Shown here: one piece after another, positions 39,761 through 49,346 of the stretch
Layout of the letters: each line of letters begins with the position of its first letter
Position numbering within the stretch: position 1 is the first letter of the stretch
Assembly (NCBI GenBank): GCA_963663165.1
Contig: OY760175.1
Span: forward strand, 1,056,001 to 1,120,000
Length of the DNA: 64,000 bases
Source: an uncultured Desulfospira sp.
Lineage (GTDB): Bacteria > Desulfobacterota > Desulfobacteria > Desulfobacterales > Desulfobacteraceae
Reading direction: 5' to 3'
Translations under genes and position numbers: made by a program
Notes under the pieces: generated by a model
Told to the model about the DNA's origin: nothing
Database searches by the model: none
The model's input: only the letters and a program-made list of their open reading frames with translations

Positions 39761-39955
39761 TCAGGCCGGTACAGCCTCAGAGGCATGGGTTTCAACCGCC
39801 CTTTCTTTAATTTCCCAGCTGACGCCCCGCCGGCGGGCCGAGTCGCTGACATAGGCTTCGGCGTCCTGTTTTGTCATGAATACTTTATCCAGATGTCCGC
39901 AACCGCAAGCCCCGCACTGCATGGGGTCAAACCGCACAACCACGTAGACTTTCAT
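39761..39955 (-). CDS. Small hypothetical protein with a CxxCxCxH motif
   Basis: 64-aa ORF with an AAGGGG RBS; contains QCGACGCGH; fills the gap upstream of moeA. Confidence 0.6.
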   Translation of the reverse strand: MKVYVVVRFDPMQCGACGCGHLDKVFMTKQDAEAYVSDSARRRGVSWEIKERAVETHASEAVPA

Positions 39956-40172
39956 AACATCCCCTTTTTAGATGAAAGTCTTGCTAACCAGCCAAACAGA
40001 CTTTCATTTTTCATTGTGGACCGATACCCGGTTGGATAACACAAGACGGTCCATGACCGCTATCGCTATGCAAAATTACATACACTTTAGCATGCAATAC
40101 CCCCCAGAGCAATCTTTTTTTAAAAGACCTTGAATGATCACGGGTATTTGTAGAAACCTTGATTCCAAGGTT

Positions 40173-41432
40173 TTACCCGGGAATTTGCGCCATGGTGCTG
40201 GCCGGAACGATATCCACCTTTTTTCTGAGTTTGGGAAGCTCTTGTTCAAGGGCCTGGAGGGTGGCTTTATAGGGATGACCGATGCCCAGGGCGGTGCCGT
40301 GTTTTTCAGCCAGATCAATTAGCCGGTTCAACTGTTTTGATATATACGTTACATTCTGGAAATTATCCAAAAACACATCCCGGTGGGCAAAAGGCAGCTG
40401 CAATAGCCGGGCGGACGCCAGGCATTTTGACCTGCCCGATGTCAGGGAATCCACAAAAAACAGGTTCTTTTTTTTCAGGATGGTAAAAATTTGATTCATC
40501 TGGTCTTCCCGGGTGGTCAACCGTGAGCCCATATGGTTGTTCACCCCCACGGCCATGGGGATCTGATTGATATTTTTGGTCAACTTTGAAATCAGTTGAT
40601 CCGGGTTCATGGAAACCAGTAAAGCATCCGGGCCAGGGTCAATTTTGGGATATTCCACCGGCTCCATGGGCAGGTGAAGCATGATCTGGGCCCCTTTCCG
40701 GCTTAAATCCTCGGCAATGGCGCGGCCATAGGGGGCCCCCGGGAGAACTGAAAAAGTAATGCCCGGTTCCAGGTTAAACAGGGCATAGGCCAGATCAATA
40801 TCATACCCGATATCGTCTATAATCAGGCAGATTTTAGGGGAATGATCCGGCGGCAGCACCATTTCAGGCCGTTTGGCGGGCGTTTTCCGGGGGGGCTCCA
40901 CCTTCTCGAAGACCTCATACACAAACTCCTTGCCTGTTTTTTCCTTGAGGCCGGCAAGTTTTGTTTTAGTCTCCAGTTCTTCGATGGGGGGAACGGCCGG
41001 TTTTCTGACCGGTTCAGGTTCCTTGGGAGGGGTTGCCGGTGCAGAGGGCTTAACGGTTTTGACGGTCTGTTTAATTTGCCTGGGCGGCTCACCAGGCCCG
41101 GTGTTAAAAACAATATCCAGGACCATGGCCGTTGTCAGGCAGATGGCGGACAGGGCCATGATCCCAATGAGAACCTTTTTTAACTCATGGGCCAGTTGGG
41201 GGGACGTTTGCTTTTTACCGGTCCGGCCGGCTCTTTTTTGTTTTCCGACCAGGCCGGGCCTTGCCGTTGCAGCGGGTTTTCTTCTGGGGGCCGTTTTTTG
41301 GGTACCGCCGGATTTCCGGGTTCCGGACGCCTTTGCCGGGGAACGGGTTTTGCCGGCGGTTCTGCCGGGGGTTTTACTGGTGGTCCCGCTGGTGGTTCCG
41401 CTGGTGGTTCCGGCCTTGTTTTTACTTGCCAT
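40173..41432 (-). CDS. Divergent polysaccharide deacetylase (YibQ family) with a low-complexity N-terminus
   Basis: IIDDIG, LHLPMEP, NNHMGS, FVDS.T, RDVFLD and IGHP; N-terminal GTTS x3 encoded by a 12-bp repeat at 41376-41412. Confidence 0.9.
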   Translation of the reverse strand: MASKNKAGTTSGTTSGTTSKTPGRTAGKTRSPAKASGTRKSGGTQKTAPRRKPAATARPGLVGKQKRAGRTGKKQTSPQLAHELKKVLIGIMALSAICLTTAMVLDIVFNTGPGEPPRQIKQTVKTVKPSAPATPPKEPEPVRKPAVPPIEELETKTKLAGLKEKTGKEFVYEVFEKVEPPRKTPAKRPEMVLPPDHSPKICLIIDDIGYDIDLAYALFNLEPGITFSVLPGAPYGRAIAEDLSRKGAQIMLHLPMEPVEYPKIDPGPDALLVSMNPDQLISKLTKNINQIPMAVGVNNHMGSRLTTREDQMNQIFTILKKKNLFFVDSLTSGRSKCLASARLLQLPFAHRDVFLDNFQNVTYISKQLNRLIDLAEKHGTALGIGHPYKATLQALEQELPKLRKKVDIVPASTMAQIPG

Positions 41433-42753
41433 TATTTAACCGACTGAACACTCCATAGCTGACCAGAATATCAAGGGCCCTTTGGATCTGTGAATCCTGG
41501 GCCAGCCGTTCTTCATCCAGCAAAGAAGCCGTTGCATCTTCTTCAAAGGACTCTTGCTCCTCTCCTTCAGGCTCAAGGCTGTTTTTTAAGTCCTTTTCTT
41601 TGATCATCCGGTCAAAGGGGGATACCTTTTTTTCTTTCTTCTCCAGCACTTCGTAGGCCACCGTAATATCCGGTTCAATCCCCTTGGCCTGAATGGACCT
41701 TCCGCTGGGCGTGTAATACCGGGCAATGGTATATTTTAAACCAAACCCATCCTTTAGAGGACGGACGGTCTGAACCGATCCCTTTCCAAAAGACGTGGTC
41801 CCCAAAATCAGGCCCCGGGAATTGTCCTGAAGTGCCCCGGCCACAATTTCCGAGGCGGATGCGGTTCCGCCGTTGATCAGCACGGCGATGGGATAGTGTC
41901 TTGTTTTGGTGTTAAGGGTGGCATTGTATACCTCATTGTTTCTGGCCCGCCGTCCCTTGATGGAAACAATGGTGCCCGACTCCAGAAACAGGTCTGAGAT
42001 GCCAATGGCCTGATCAAGAAGACCGCCGGGGTTATCCCGCAAATCAATAATCAGCCCTTTGAGCCCTTCCTTGGCATCGGCTTCGAGTTTTTCAAGCTGT
42101 TCTCTGGTTTCGTCATCCGTGTTCATCCGAAAGTTAGTGATTCTCAGATAGGCATACCCGGGCTTGAGAAAAGCAGACCGGACACTGGTCATGGGGATTA
42201 AATCCCGTTTGATGGTATAGTCTAACGGGGCGGGCTCCTCGTTGCGGACAATGGTGATCTGAACCGCTTCAAACCGCGGCCCCCTCATTTTGTTGACCGC
42301 CTCCCACAGGGCCATGCCCTTTGTGGTCAGGTCATCAATTTTAATGATGATGTCCCCGGCCTTGATCCCGGCCCGGTAGGCCGGAGTCCCTTCAATGGGC
42401 GAGACCACAGTGAGAATTCCTTCCTTCATGGTAATCACTATGCCGATGCCTGAAAATTCTCCCTTGGTGTCATCCTTAAGATCTTCAAAGGCTTCGGGGG
42501 GCATAAAGCTTGAATGGGGGTCCAGATTGCCCACCATCCCCTTGATGGAATTGTGGATCAGCTCATCGGCATCCACCTCATCCACATAATTTTTTTCCAA
42601 TTCTTCCAACACATCGGTAAACAGCTTCAAAGACGTATAGGTCTTGTCAGTTTCCCCGAAACAGGCCGGCGGCCCTGTCAAAATCCCTGTTAGCAGGATG
42701 ACAGCCAATACCGGTGCCAAAGGTTCAACACATTTCAACCATCTTGATTTCAT
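41422..42753 (-). CDS. ctpA: Carboxyl-terminal processing protease (S41)
   Basis: LDPHS, PDZ GIG, DLRDNPGG, TASASE, SFGKGSVQ and TIARYYTPSG. Confidence 0.93.
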   Translation of the reverse strand: MKSRWLKCVEPLAPVLAVILLTGILTGPPACFGETDKTYTSLKLFTDVLEELEKNYVDEVDADELIHNSIKGMVGNLDPHSSFMPPEAFEDLKDDTKGEFSGIGIVITMKEGILTVVSPIEGTPAYRAGIKAGDIIIKIDDLTTKGMALWEAVNKMRGPRFEAVQITIVRNEEPAPLDYTIKRDLIPMTSVRSAFLKPGYAYLRITNFRMNTDDETREQLEKLEADAKEGLKGLIIDLRDNPGGLLDQAIGISDLFLESGTIVSIKGRRARNNEVYNATLNTKTRHYPIAVLINGGTASASEIVAGALQDNSRGLILGTTSFGKGSVQTVRPLKDGFGLKYTIARYYTPSGRSIQAKGIEPDITVAYEVLEKKEKKVSPFDRMIKEKDLKNSLEPEGEEQESFEEDATASLLDEERLAQDSQIQRALDILVSYGVFSRLNNGK

Positions 42754-42762
42754 CTATTCTAG

Positions 42763-44313
42763 CTATGCTCCTTTTTCCAGCCAGTCCATGGGATTGAGAG
42801 GTTTGCCATGGTGCCTGATCTCAAAATGAAGGCAAAGCCCGGTCATGGAACCGGTGTCCCCGGCCGTTGCAATGACTTCGCCCGTATCCACCCGTTCGCC
42901 CTTTTTCTTAAACATCTCTTCCACATGGGCATACAGGGTATAATAATTGTCTCCATGATTGATAATCAAAAGGTTGCCGTAGCCTTTGAGCCAGTCGGCA
43001 AACATGATTTCTCCTTTGAAAACCGATCGGACGGGTTCGCCCCTTTCCACCCTTATATCAATTCCCTTTTGAAAAGTGAAGGCTTTGTAATCCCCGCTGC
43101 GTGAGGGGCCGAACCGGGATACCACCTGCCCTTTTACCGGAAAAACAAGCCGGCCCCTTAACCGGCCAAACGCGCTTTTATGCGTCGCCCCCCGGGATTC
43201 CCGGGAGGCTGCCGGGGGGGCGTTCTGGCCAAGACCGCTCATTTTCTGATCCAGGCGGCTGGCCGATTCCTTTAAGGCGGCCAGGGCGGCCAGGGAAAGC
43301 TGTTTTTTTCTTCGAATGTCCCTTAACAACGCCTCTTTTTTCTGGGTTTCCTTTTCTTTTATCCGGATTTGCATCCTTAATTTTTTTTCTTTTTCGGCTT
43401 TTTCCGTGATTTGGTGTTCCATATTTTCACGGGCCGTTGTCAGGGATTGCAGATCCTTGTTCCAGGATTCAAGGATACGGCTGTCCGATTCAATGATCCG
43501 TTCCATGGCGTTCTGGCGGACAAAAAAATCATACAAAGAGCCCGGCACGGCCGCGGTTTTAAATTCCCCGGCCTTCCCGAGTTTGTAAAGGGCGGTGAGC
43601 CGTTTTCCGGCATAAATCCGGTTTTCTTCAAGTTTACGGGTCAGGGTTTCAATATCGGCCTGCCCCTGTTTGATCTGTTCTTCAAGTCCGGTGACGTCTC
43701 TGGTGAGCCGGTCCGCACTGATCCTGGCCTGGTTCAGTGCCCGGTCAATATGGTCAAGCCCTTCAATAATTTCTTGTTCTTCTTTGGAAATCGCAGACAG
43801 CTTTTCATTTTCCCCGGCTATTTTCAAGGCAAGGTTCGCCTTTTGATCAGCTGCGTTGTTCTGGGCCGGTTCGGCGTCCTTGGCCGGTGCTGGGGCCTTG
43901 GCTGCCGGCCGGTCTTTTTTTAAACCCGTCTGGCTGGTTTTTACCGGCACCTCAGTCACTTTGGTTGCCTCCTGAGGCGGGGTGCCGGGTTTTGAAGCCG
44001 GTAACCGTCGCACATACCTGGGCCGGTTCCGGACATACCCGGTTTTCCCGTTGAAAACAACGGTAAGCCACCCGCCGATGCCGCCTTCTTCGGCAATGAC
44101 GTCCACCTGCTCTCCTTTGTCCATGACGGCCAAAACCGGCGATCCCTGGGCCGGCGCTTTTCGAAGATTAAGCTTTACCGAAACCACCGCTCCCCGGTAA
44201 AGCACCTGGCGGTCTGCCGAAACCGCGGGTCCGGGCAGGATCAGGGACAAAGCCAGCATCAGGCCGGCCAAAAGCCCGGTTATTTTAAAATCTGTTTTAA
44301 AGAAAGATAACAT
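42763..44313 (-). CDS. envC: EnvC-like murein hydrolase activator (SH3 + coiled coil + M23)
   Basis: LNLRKAP SH3, long coiled coil, KGIDI, LYAH and LHFEIR; follows ftsX. Confidence 0.85.
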   Translation of the reverse strand: MLSFFKTDFKITGLLAGLMLALSLILPGPAVSADRQVLYRGAVVSVKLNLRKAPAQGSPVLAVMDKGEQVDVIAEEGGIGGWLTVVFNGKTGYVRNRPRYVRRLPASKPGTPPQEATKVTEVPVKTSQTGLKKDRPAAKAPAPAKDAEPAQNNAADQKANLALKIAGENEKLSAISKEEQEIIEGLDHIDRALNQARISADRLTRDVTGLEEQIKQGQADIETLTRKLEENRIYAGKRLTALYKLGKAGEFKTAAVPGSLYDFFVRQNAMERIIESDSRILESWNKDLQSLTTARENMEHQITEKAEKEKKLRMQIRIKEKETQKKEALLRDIRRKKQLSLAALAALKESASRLDQKMSGLGQNAPPAASRESRGATHKSAFGRLRGRLVFPVKGQVVSRFGPSRSGDYKAFTFQKGIDIRVERGEPVRSVFKGEIMFADWLKGYGNLLIINHGDNYYTLYAHVEEMFKKKGERVDTGEVIATAGDTGSMTGLCLHFEIRHHGKPLNPMDWLEKGA

Positions 44314-45158
44314 CCAAACCACCCCAGAAAGGTGCTGGCCAGTATGAGCAGGCCAAGGGTTTCCAAAGACAGAAACCGGATATCCATTAAAAGACGGGTT
44401 TCAAAATTTTTTTCAATGGCCGACGAAATGCTCAGGTATGCCGTAAACAGGATGCCGGTCCCCAGGATCCCGCCGATCAGTCCCTGCAGGGCCCCTTCAA
44501 CGTAAAAAGGGGTTTTGATAAAGCCTTCCGTGGCCCCGACCAGCCGCATGATCTCCACCTCAAGCTCCCTTGAATGAAAGGCCATGCGAACCGTATTGGC
44601 AGTGATAAACAAAGCAATCAGTAAAAACAGGCTGCACATGACATACCCGGTGATCTTAAACAGGTGAAAGACCTTTAAAAAACGGTCCAGCCATTGCCGG
44701 CCGTATTCCACACTTTCAACCAGGTCCATGGCGCTGATTTTTTCCGTAAGGGCCTTGATCTTGTCATAATCATCAAAGCTTAACATCCGGATCTCAAAGG
44801 CATGGGGAAGTGGATTCTGATTTAAAGTTTCCAGAAAATCCGTGCTCGCCATGTCCTGCTTGAGCCGGTCCAATGCCTGCTCCTTTGAGATAAACACAAT
44901 GGATTCCACACCGCCCAAATCCCGGATACGGTCCTTGAGCCCTGCCATATGTTCCACCTGAAAGTCATCCTCAAGGTAAACCATGGCCCGGCCCCCCTGG
45001 TTCCAGGACTGGATCACCCGCCCGGCGTTTTCAAAAAAAAGCAGAAACAGGGAGACCACCAGGATGGACAAGGAGATGGTGACAATGGTGATCAGGTTCA
45101 TAAACCGGTTGGAACGAATATCGGTCAGGGCCTTTTTGATATATCGGGTCATGATCAT
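44280..45158 (-). CDS. ftsX: Cell division permease FtsX
   Basis: ISKEQAL, NPLP and EVEIMRLVGAT..FI..PF..EG. Confidence 0.93.
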   Translation of the reverse strand: MIMTRYIKKALTDIRSNRFMNLITIVTISLSILVVSLFLLFFENAGRVIQSWNQGGRAMVYLEDDFQVEHMAGLKDRIRDLGGVESIVFISKEQALDRLKQDMASTDFLETLNQNPLPHAFEIRMLSFDDYDKIKALTEKISAMDLVESVEYGRQWLDRFLKVFHLFKITGYVMCSLFLLIALFITANTVRMAFHSRELEVEIMRLVGATEGFIKTPFYVEGALQGLIGGILGTGILFTAYLSISSAIEKNFETRLLMDIRFLSLETLGLLILASTFLGWFGCYLSLKQILK

Positions 45159-45163
45159 CCTTT

Positions 45164-45859
45164 TTAAAGCATGGTCAATGTTTTCACCAGTTCTCCGTTT
45201 TCAAGCGCGATATTCCGGCCTTTGATCATGGTTTCCAACAAGAACACATTATGGCTTGCCATGATCACGGTGGCCCCCTTGCTGTGGTACTTCATCAGGG
45301 CATCAAGAACCAGCCGGGCAGACTTTTCATCCAGGCTTCCCGTGGGTTCGTCGGCCAGGATGATTTCAGGTTCTCCCACAATGGCCCTTGCCACAGCCAC
45401 CCGCTGCTGCTCTCCGCCGGACAGGGTCGGCGGCAGGGCCTTGGCCTTGTCTTCCATTCCCGTGCTTTTGAGAACGGCCATCACCCGTTTGCGGATAAGG
45501 GAGGGTTTTTCGCCGGCCGCCTCTAAGACCAGGGCCACATTATCAAACACCGTCCGGGTGGGGATCAGCTTGAAGTCCTGAAATACCATGCCGAATTTGC
45601 GCCTTAAAAACGGCAGCTTAAAAGACGAAATCCGGGCAAGGTTCATGCCGCCGATAATAATCTGTCCTTTTGTGACCTTTTCGGCCAGGTAAAGCACCTT
45701 GAGCAGTGTTGATTTTCCGGCCCCCGAAGGACCGGTTACAAAAACAAATTCCCCGGGGAAAATCTCCATGGAGATATCTTTTAAGGCCAGTTTGGTACCG
45801 TACTGCTTACAGACATTGAACATTCTGACAATGGGCTTTTCTGTCGGTTTCAGCTTCAT
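45164..45859 (-). CDS. ftsE: Cell division ATP-binding protein FtsE
   Basis: [22 protein letters not shown] and ADEPTG. Confidence 0.93.
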   Translation of the reverse strand: MKLKPTEKPIVRMFNVCKQYGTKLALKDISMEIFPGEFVFVTGPSGAGKSTLLKVLYLAEKVTKGQIIIGGMNLARISSFKLPFLRRKFGMVFQDFKLIPTRTVFDNVALVLEAAGEKPSLIRKRVMAVLKSTGMEDKAKALPPTLSGGEQQRVAVARAIVGEPEIILADEPTGSLDEKSARLVLDALMKYHSKGATVIMASHNVFLLETMIKGRNIALENGELVKTLTML

Positions 45860-46082
45860 AGAGTCCGGTGCTTAAAATTGGGTGAAGAATCCTAAAAATT
45901 GACTGAGACTGAACTTAACTGTATAATCGGCCAGTGTCAAGGAGTGCTGACCACAGTTTTTCTTACACAAAGCCTTCACTGAAACCCGTAAACCGGCTTC
46001 TTCCAATCAGTGGAGGCTTTTATTTGATAATTAGAGGATAAGCAGCCGGTGATGATTGTATTGATTTTCGGACCTGAACACC

Positions 46083-46874
46083 ATGATTTTATTTGATTCC
46101 CACTGCCACCTTGATGACAAATCCTATCACCGGGATATAGAAACTGTTTTTTCCCGGGCCGGCCAGGAAGGGGTGCTTGCCCTGATGCTGGTGGGCATTG
46201 ACCTTGAGACCACCCAAAAAGCTATTGCCCTTGCCAAAGACCGACCGAATGTGGTGACATCGGCCGGCATCCATCCCCATTATGCAGCGGATTGTTCCCG
46301 AAAGTTGTTGAACACCCTCATGGGCCTTGTAAGGGAAAATCCCTGTATCCGGGCCTGGGGGGAAACCGGCCTGGATTTCAACCGGATGCATTCCCCCCAG
46401 GCAGACCAGGAGCAATGCTTTTCTGCCCAGCTCGGGATTGCCGGGGCCTTAGACCTTCCCCTGATTTTTCACGAACGCGATTCCAACGGAAGGTTTTATG
46501 AAATCCTGAAAACAGACGGTCCCAAAGACCGCAAAGGGGTGGTCCACTGTTTTTCCGGCACCAGAGAAGAGATGTTCAAATACCTGGATTTGGGTTATTA
46601 CATCGGAATCACCGGCATTGTGACCATTCTCAAGCGCGGCGCCCTGTTAAGGGAGATAGCCCCCCTGATTCCCGAAGACCGCCTCCTCATAGAAACCGAC
46701 GCCCCCTACCTGACCCCCTCCCCTGTTAAAAACAAGGTCCGGCGCAATGAGCCCGCCTTTGTAAAATATGTTCTTTTAAAGCTTGCCGAAGTCAGAAAAA
46801 CCGACCCGGAACGGCTCTCAAAGGTCATTTTCAACAACACCCAGCAGCTTTACGGAACGGATTTTGAAATTTAG
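46083..46874 (+). CDS. tatD: TatD family hydrolase
   Basis: DSHCH, GIHPH, GETGLD, HER, VHCFSG, ETDAPY and RNEP. Confidence 0.92.
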   Translation: MILFDSHCHLDDKSYHRDIETVFSRAGQEGVLALMLVGIDLETTQKAIALAKDRPNVVTSAGIHPHYAADCSRKLLNTLMGLVRENPCIRAWGETGLDFNRMHSPQADQEQCFSAQLGIAGALDLPLIFHERDSNGRFYEILKTDGPKDRKGVVHCFSGTREEMFKYLDLGYYIGITGIVTILKRGALLREIAPLIPEDRLLIETDAPYLTPSPVKNKVRRNEPAFVKYVLLKLAEVRKTDPERLSKVIFNNTQQLYGTDFEI

Positions 46875-47024
46875 GTTCCCGGCGGAGACGCCACCGGATT
46901 CCCCCGTTTCTATGAACCTTATTCGGGCAAAGGAAAACTCAAATCCCGAATATCACAAAAATGAGTTTTGATACCAAAGCTTATCTTTGTTATATTGGAC
47001 ATTTCAGGAAGGGAACAATTTGAA

Positions 47025-48353
47025 GTGTATCATCGGATATTAAAAATATTAATTGCAACACAGAATCATCAGCTTGAAACATTTCTTCAAAAGGTGCCGG
47101 CGGCTGACAGATTCTCACATGAATTTTTCTGCTGCCCGGATATGGCCGGAATCGACCTGAAAGGGTATGGGGTTATTGTGCTGGATTTGGGTTCTCTCCC
47201 GTCGGCATCCATTGAAAAAATTCTTGCCGCAAAAGACGAACATGCCGTTGTTGTGGGCTGTTTTTCTGCCGACAGCTTTGCAGCCCTGGCCGAACATTAT
47301 CCGCTTTTGGACCAGATCTGGATCAAGCCGTTTGTTCAAGACAAGGTTCAGTCCTCGTTCACACAGATACTGGACCGACTGAAGCGACAGGAAGATTCAG
47401 CCCTGACCCAAACATATCTGGACACCATGATCGACAGCCTGCCGGACCTGATCTGGTTCAAGGATGCAAAGGGGGCGCATTTAAAAGTCAATGACAGCTT
47501 CTGCCGGGTTGTCAATAAATCAAAGGCCCAGATCGAAGGCCGCGGGCATTATTATATCTGGGACCTTAAACCGGATGAATATGCCCAGGGGGAATATGTC
47601 TGCCTGGAATCAGAAGAGATTGTGCTCAACAAAAAGGAGACCTGCCTTTTCGATGAAACCGTAAAATGCGCAGATGAATTCCGCAAATTCAAAACCTACA
47701 AATCACCCATTTTCGACGATGACGGCAGCGTTATCGGCACGGTCGGATTTGCCCACGATGTGACCGACCTGCAAAATCTGCTGATTGAATTGAACATCCT
47801 GATAGAAAGCCTGCCCTTTGCCGTTATGATCACAGACAAGGACAGAACAATTACCAGTGTCAATCAAAAGTTTCTGGATAATTTTATGATAGACCGTATA
47901 GAGGTGATCGGCAAACCCGTTGATACGCTCCTGGATGAAACCAAGACTTTCACCCGTAATAAAAAATGGATCATTGAGCAAAAAAAGGAGGGCATCCAGT
48001 TTCTTTCTGAAAACAGGGTCCTCAAAATGCACGAAGAAAAGCTACTGGATACCTTCGGCAAACTGGCCGGCTATATCCATCTTTTTATGGACGTTACCCT
48101 TGAGCATCAGTTGCTTGAAGAAAAAAACAAGCTCGAAAAGGCGATTGAAGAAATAAAGAAATTAAGCGGGCTGCTCCCTATCTGCGCTTCCTGTAAGAAA
48201 ATCAGGGACGATAAAGGGTACTGGAAACAGATTGAGTCCTACATCATTGCCCATTCGGAAGCCAGATTCAGTCACGGATTGTGCCCTGAATGTTCGGAAA
48301 AATTATACGGGGATCAGGCCTGGTATAAAAAATCAAAAGAGCAAAAAAAATAA
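47025..48353 (+). CDS. PAS-domain sensor with a C-terminal CxxC..H..CxxC domain, no catalytic output domain
   Basis: Two PAS folds (SLPDLIWFKD, SLPFAVMITD); ends with LLPICASCKKIRDD...SHGLCPEC. Probable GTG start at 47025. Confidence 0.78.
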   Translation: MYHRILKILIATQNHQLETFLQKVPAADRFSHEFFCCPDMAGIDLKGYGVIVLDLGSLPSASIEKILAAKDEHAVVVGCFSADSFAALAEHYPLLDQIWIKPFVQDKVQSSFTQILDRLKRQEDSALTQTYLDTMIDSLPDLIWFKDAKGAHLKVNDSFCRVVNKSKAQIEGRGHYYIWDLKPDEYAQGEYVCLESEEIVLNKKETCLFDETVKCADEFRKFKTYKSPIFDDDGSVIGTVGFAHDVTDLQNLLIELNILIESLPFAVMITDKDRTITSVNQKFLDNFMIDRIEVIGKPVDTLLDETKTFTRNKKWIIEQKKEGIQFLSENRVLKMHEEKLLDTFGKLAGYIHLFMDVTLEHQLLEEKNKLEKAIEEIKKLSGLLPICASCKKIRDDKGYWKQIESYIIAHSEARFSHGLCPECSEKLYGDQAWYKKSKEQKK

Positions 48354-48493
48354 GCGGACAAAACTGGGGGTTCCGGCTCTTTTTTGGGATGGCGACAGCC
48401 GCCCCGCACACTAAAATACAGGCACCGTTATCCATGATTCAAGATCATTTCAAACGGCGCCTGTTCAGATTTTAAAAAGGTTCGATCCGGGCC

Positions 48494-49342
48494 CTATTGG
48501 GCCTGAAGCACGATCTCGCCCAGGTTCTTGCTGGCGTTTGTCTTCACCGAAACCTCTTCAGAACCATAGCCGGCATGCTCAACGACCACCACATACTCCT
48601 GGTTGTTTTCAAGGCTGGTAAACTCAAAGTCGCCGAGAAAATCCGTTACCGTTTCGGCCACCGGATTGCCGTCAGCGGTTTTAAGGACCACTTTGACGCC
48701 GCCGGCACAATCCTTTTCCTGGTCAGAAAAGACAACTTCACCGGCCACAAAGGTTTTGGGCAACCCCATATATTGGGTGACCGGCTTGGTATCGTGTTCG
48801 GGCATGAGCGATTCGAGTTTGTCCTTGTTGCCGGCCAGGAACTTGGAAATCTCGCTGTTGGGATCTTCTGTATCCCCAAACATTAAGGCCCCGGTGGGGC
48901 ATGCTTCGGCACAGCGAACAGTTTTTTCACCGTTGTCCAGCATGTGGGCACACATGGTGCATTTCTGGGCCACCTGTTTTTCTTCATTCCAGAATATGGC
49001 GCGGTAGGGGCAGGCATTGACCAGGTCTTTGTTGCCTTTGGCCTTGACCGGATCAATAACCACAATGCCGTCTTCCCGTGTGTAAACGGCGCCGTCGGGA
49101 GCCGCAGTGGCGCAGACGGGATTTTCACAGTGCTGGCACATGATGGGGACATAATCCACTTTGACCTTCCAGCCGGTTCCGTACTCCACCTCTTTGAGGC
49201 GGATCCAGTCGGCACCGCCGTCGGGCTGTGCCACGGATACCGGCAGATAGTCATTGGTATCAAACTCGTCTTTACATGCAACAAAGCAGTTATAACATCC
49301 GTTGCATTTGGTTACATCAATTGCAAGTGCATATTTTGCCAT
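48494..49342 (-). CDS. Fe-S beta subunit of pyrogallol transhydroxylase-like enzyme
   Basis: CNGCYNCFVACKDE, CQHCENPVC, ACPY, KCTMCAH and CAEACPT; C-terminal TDFLGDFEF domain. Confidence 0.88.
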   Translation of the reverse strand: MAKYALAIDVTKCNGCYNCFVACKDEFDTNDYLPVSVAQPDGGADWIRLKEVEYGTGWKVKVDYVPIMCQHCENPVCATAAPDGAVYTREDGIVVIDPVKAKGNKDLVNACPYRAIFWNEEKQVAQKCTMCAHMLDNGEKTVRCAEACPTGALMFGDTEDPNSEISKFLAGNKDKLESLMPEHDTKPVTQYMGLPKTFVAGEVVFSDQEKDCAGGVKVVLKTADGNPVAETVTDFLGDFEFTSLENNQEYVVVVEHAGYGSEEVSVKTNASKNLGEIVLQAQ

Positions 49343-49346
49343 GATT

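Noticed and set aside
41376..41412. 12-bp tandem repeat as a phase-variation locus
   Set aside because: It is in frame (GTTS x3) within a low-complexity N-terminus, so copy-number change would not shift the frame.
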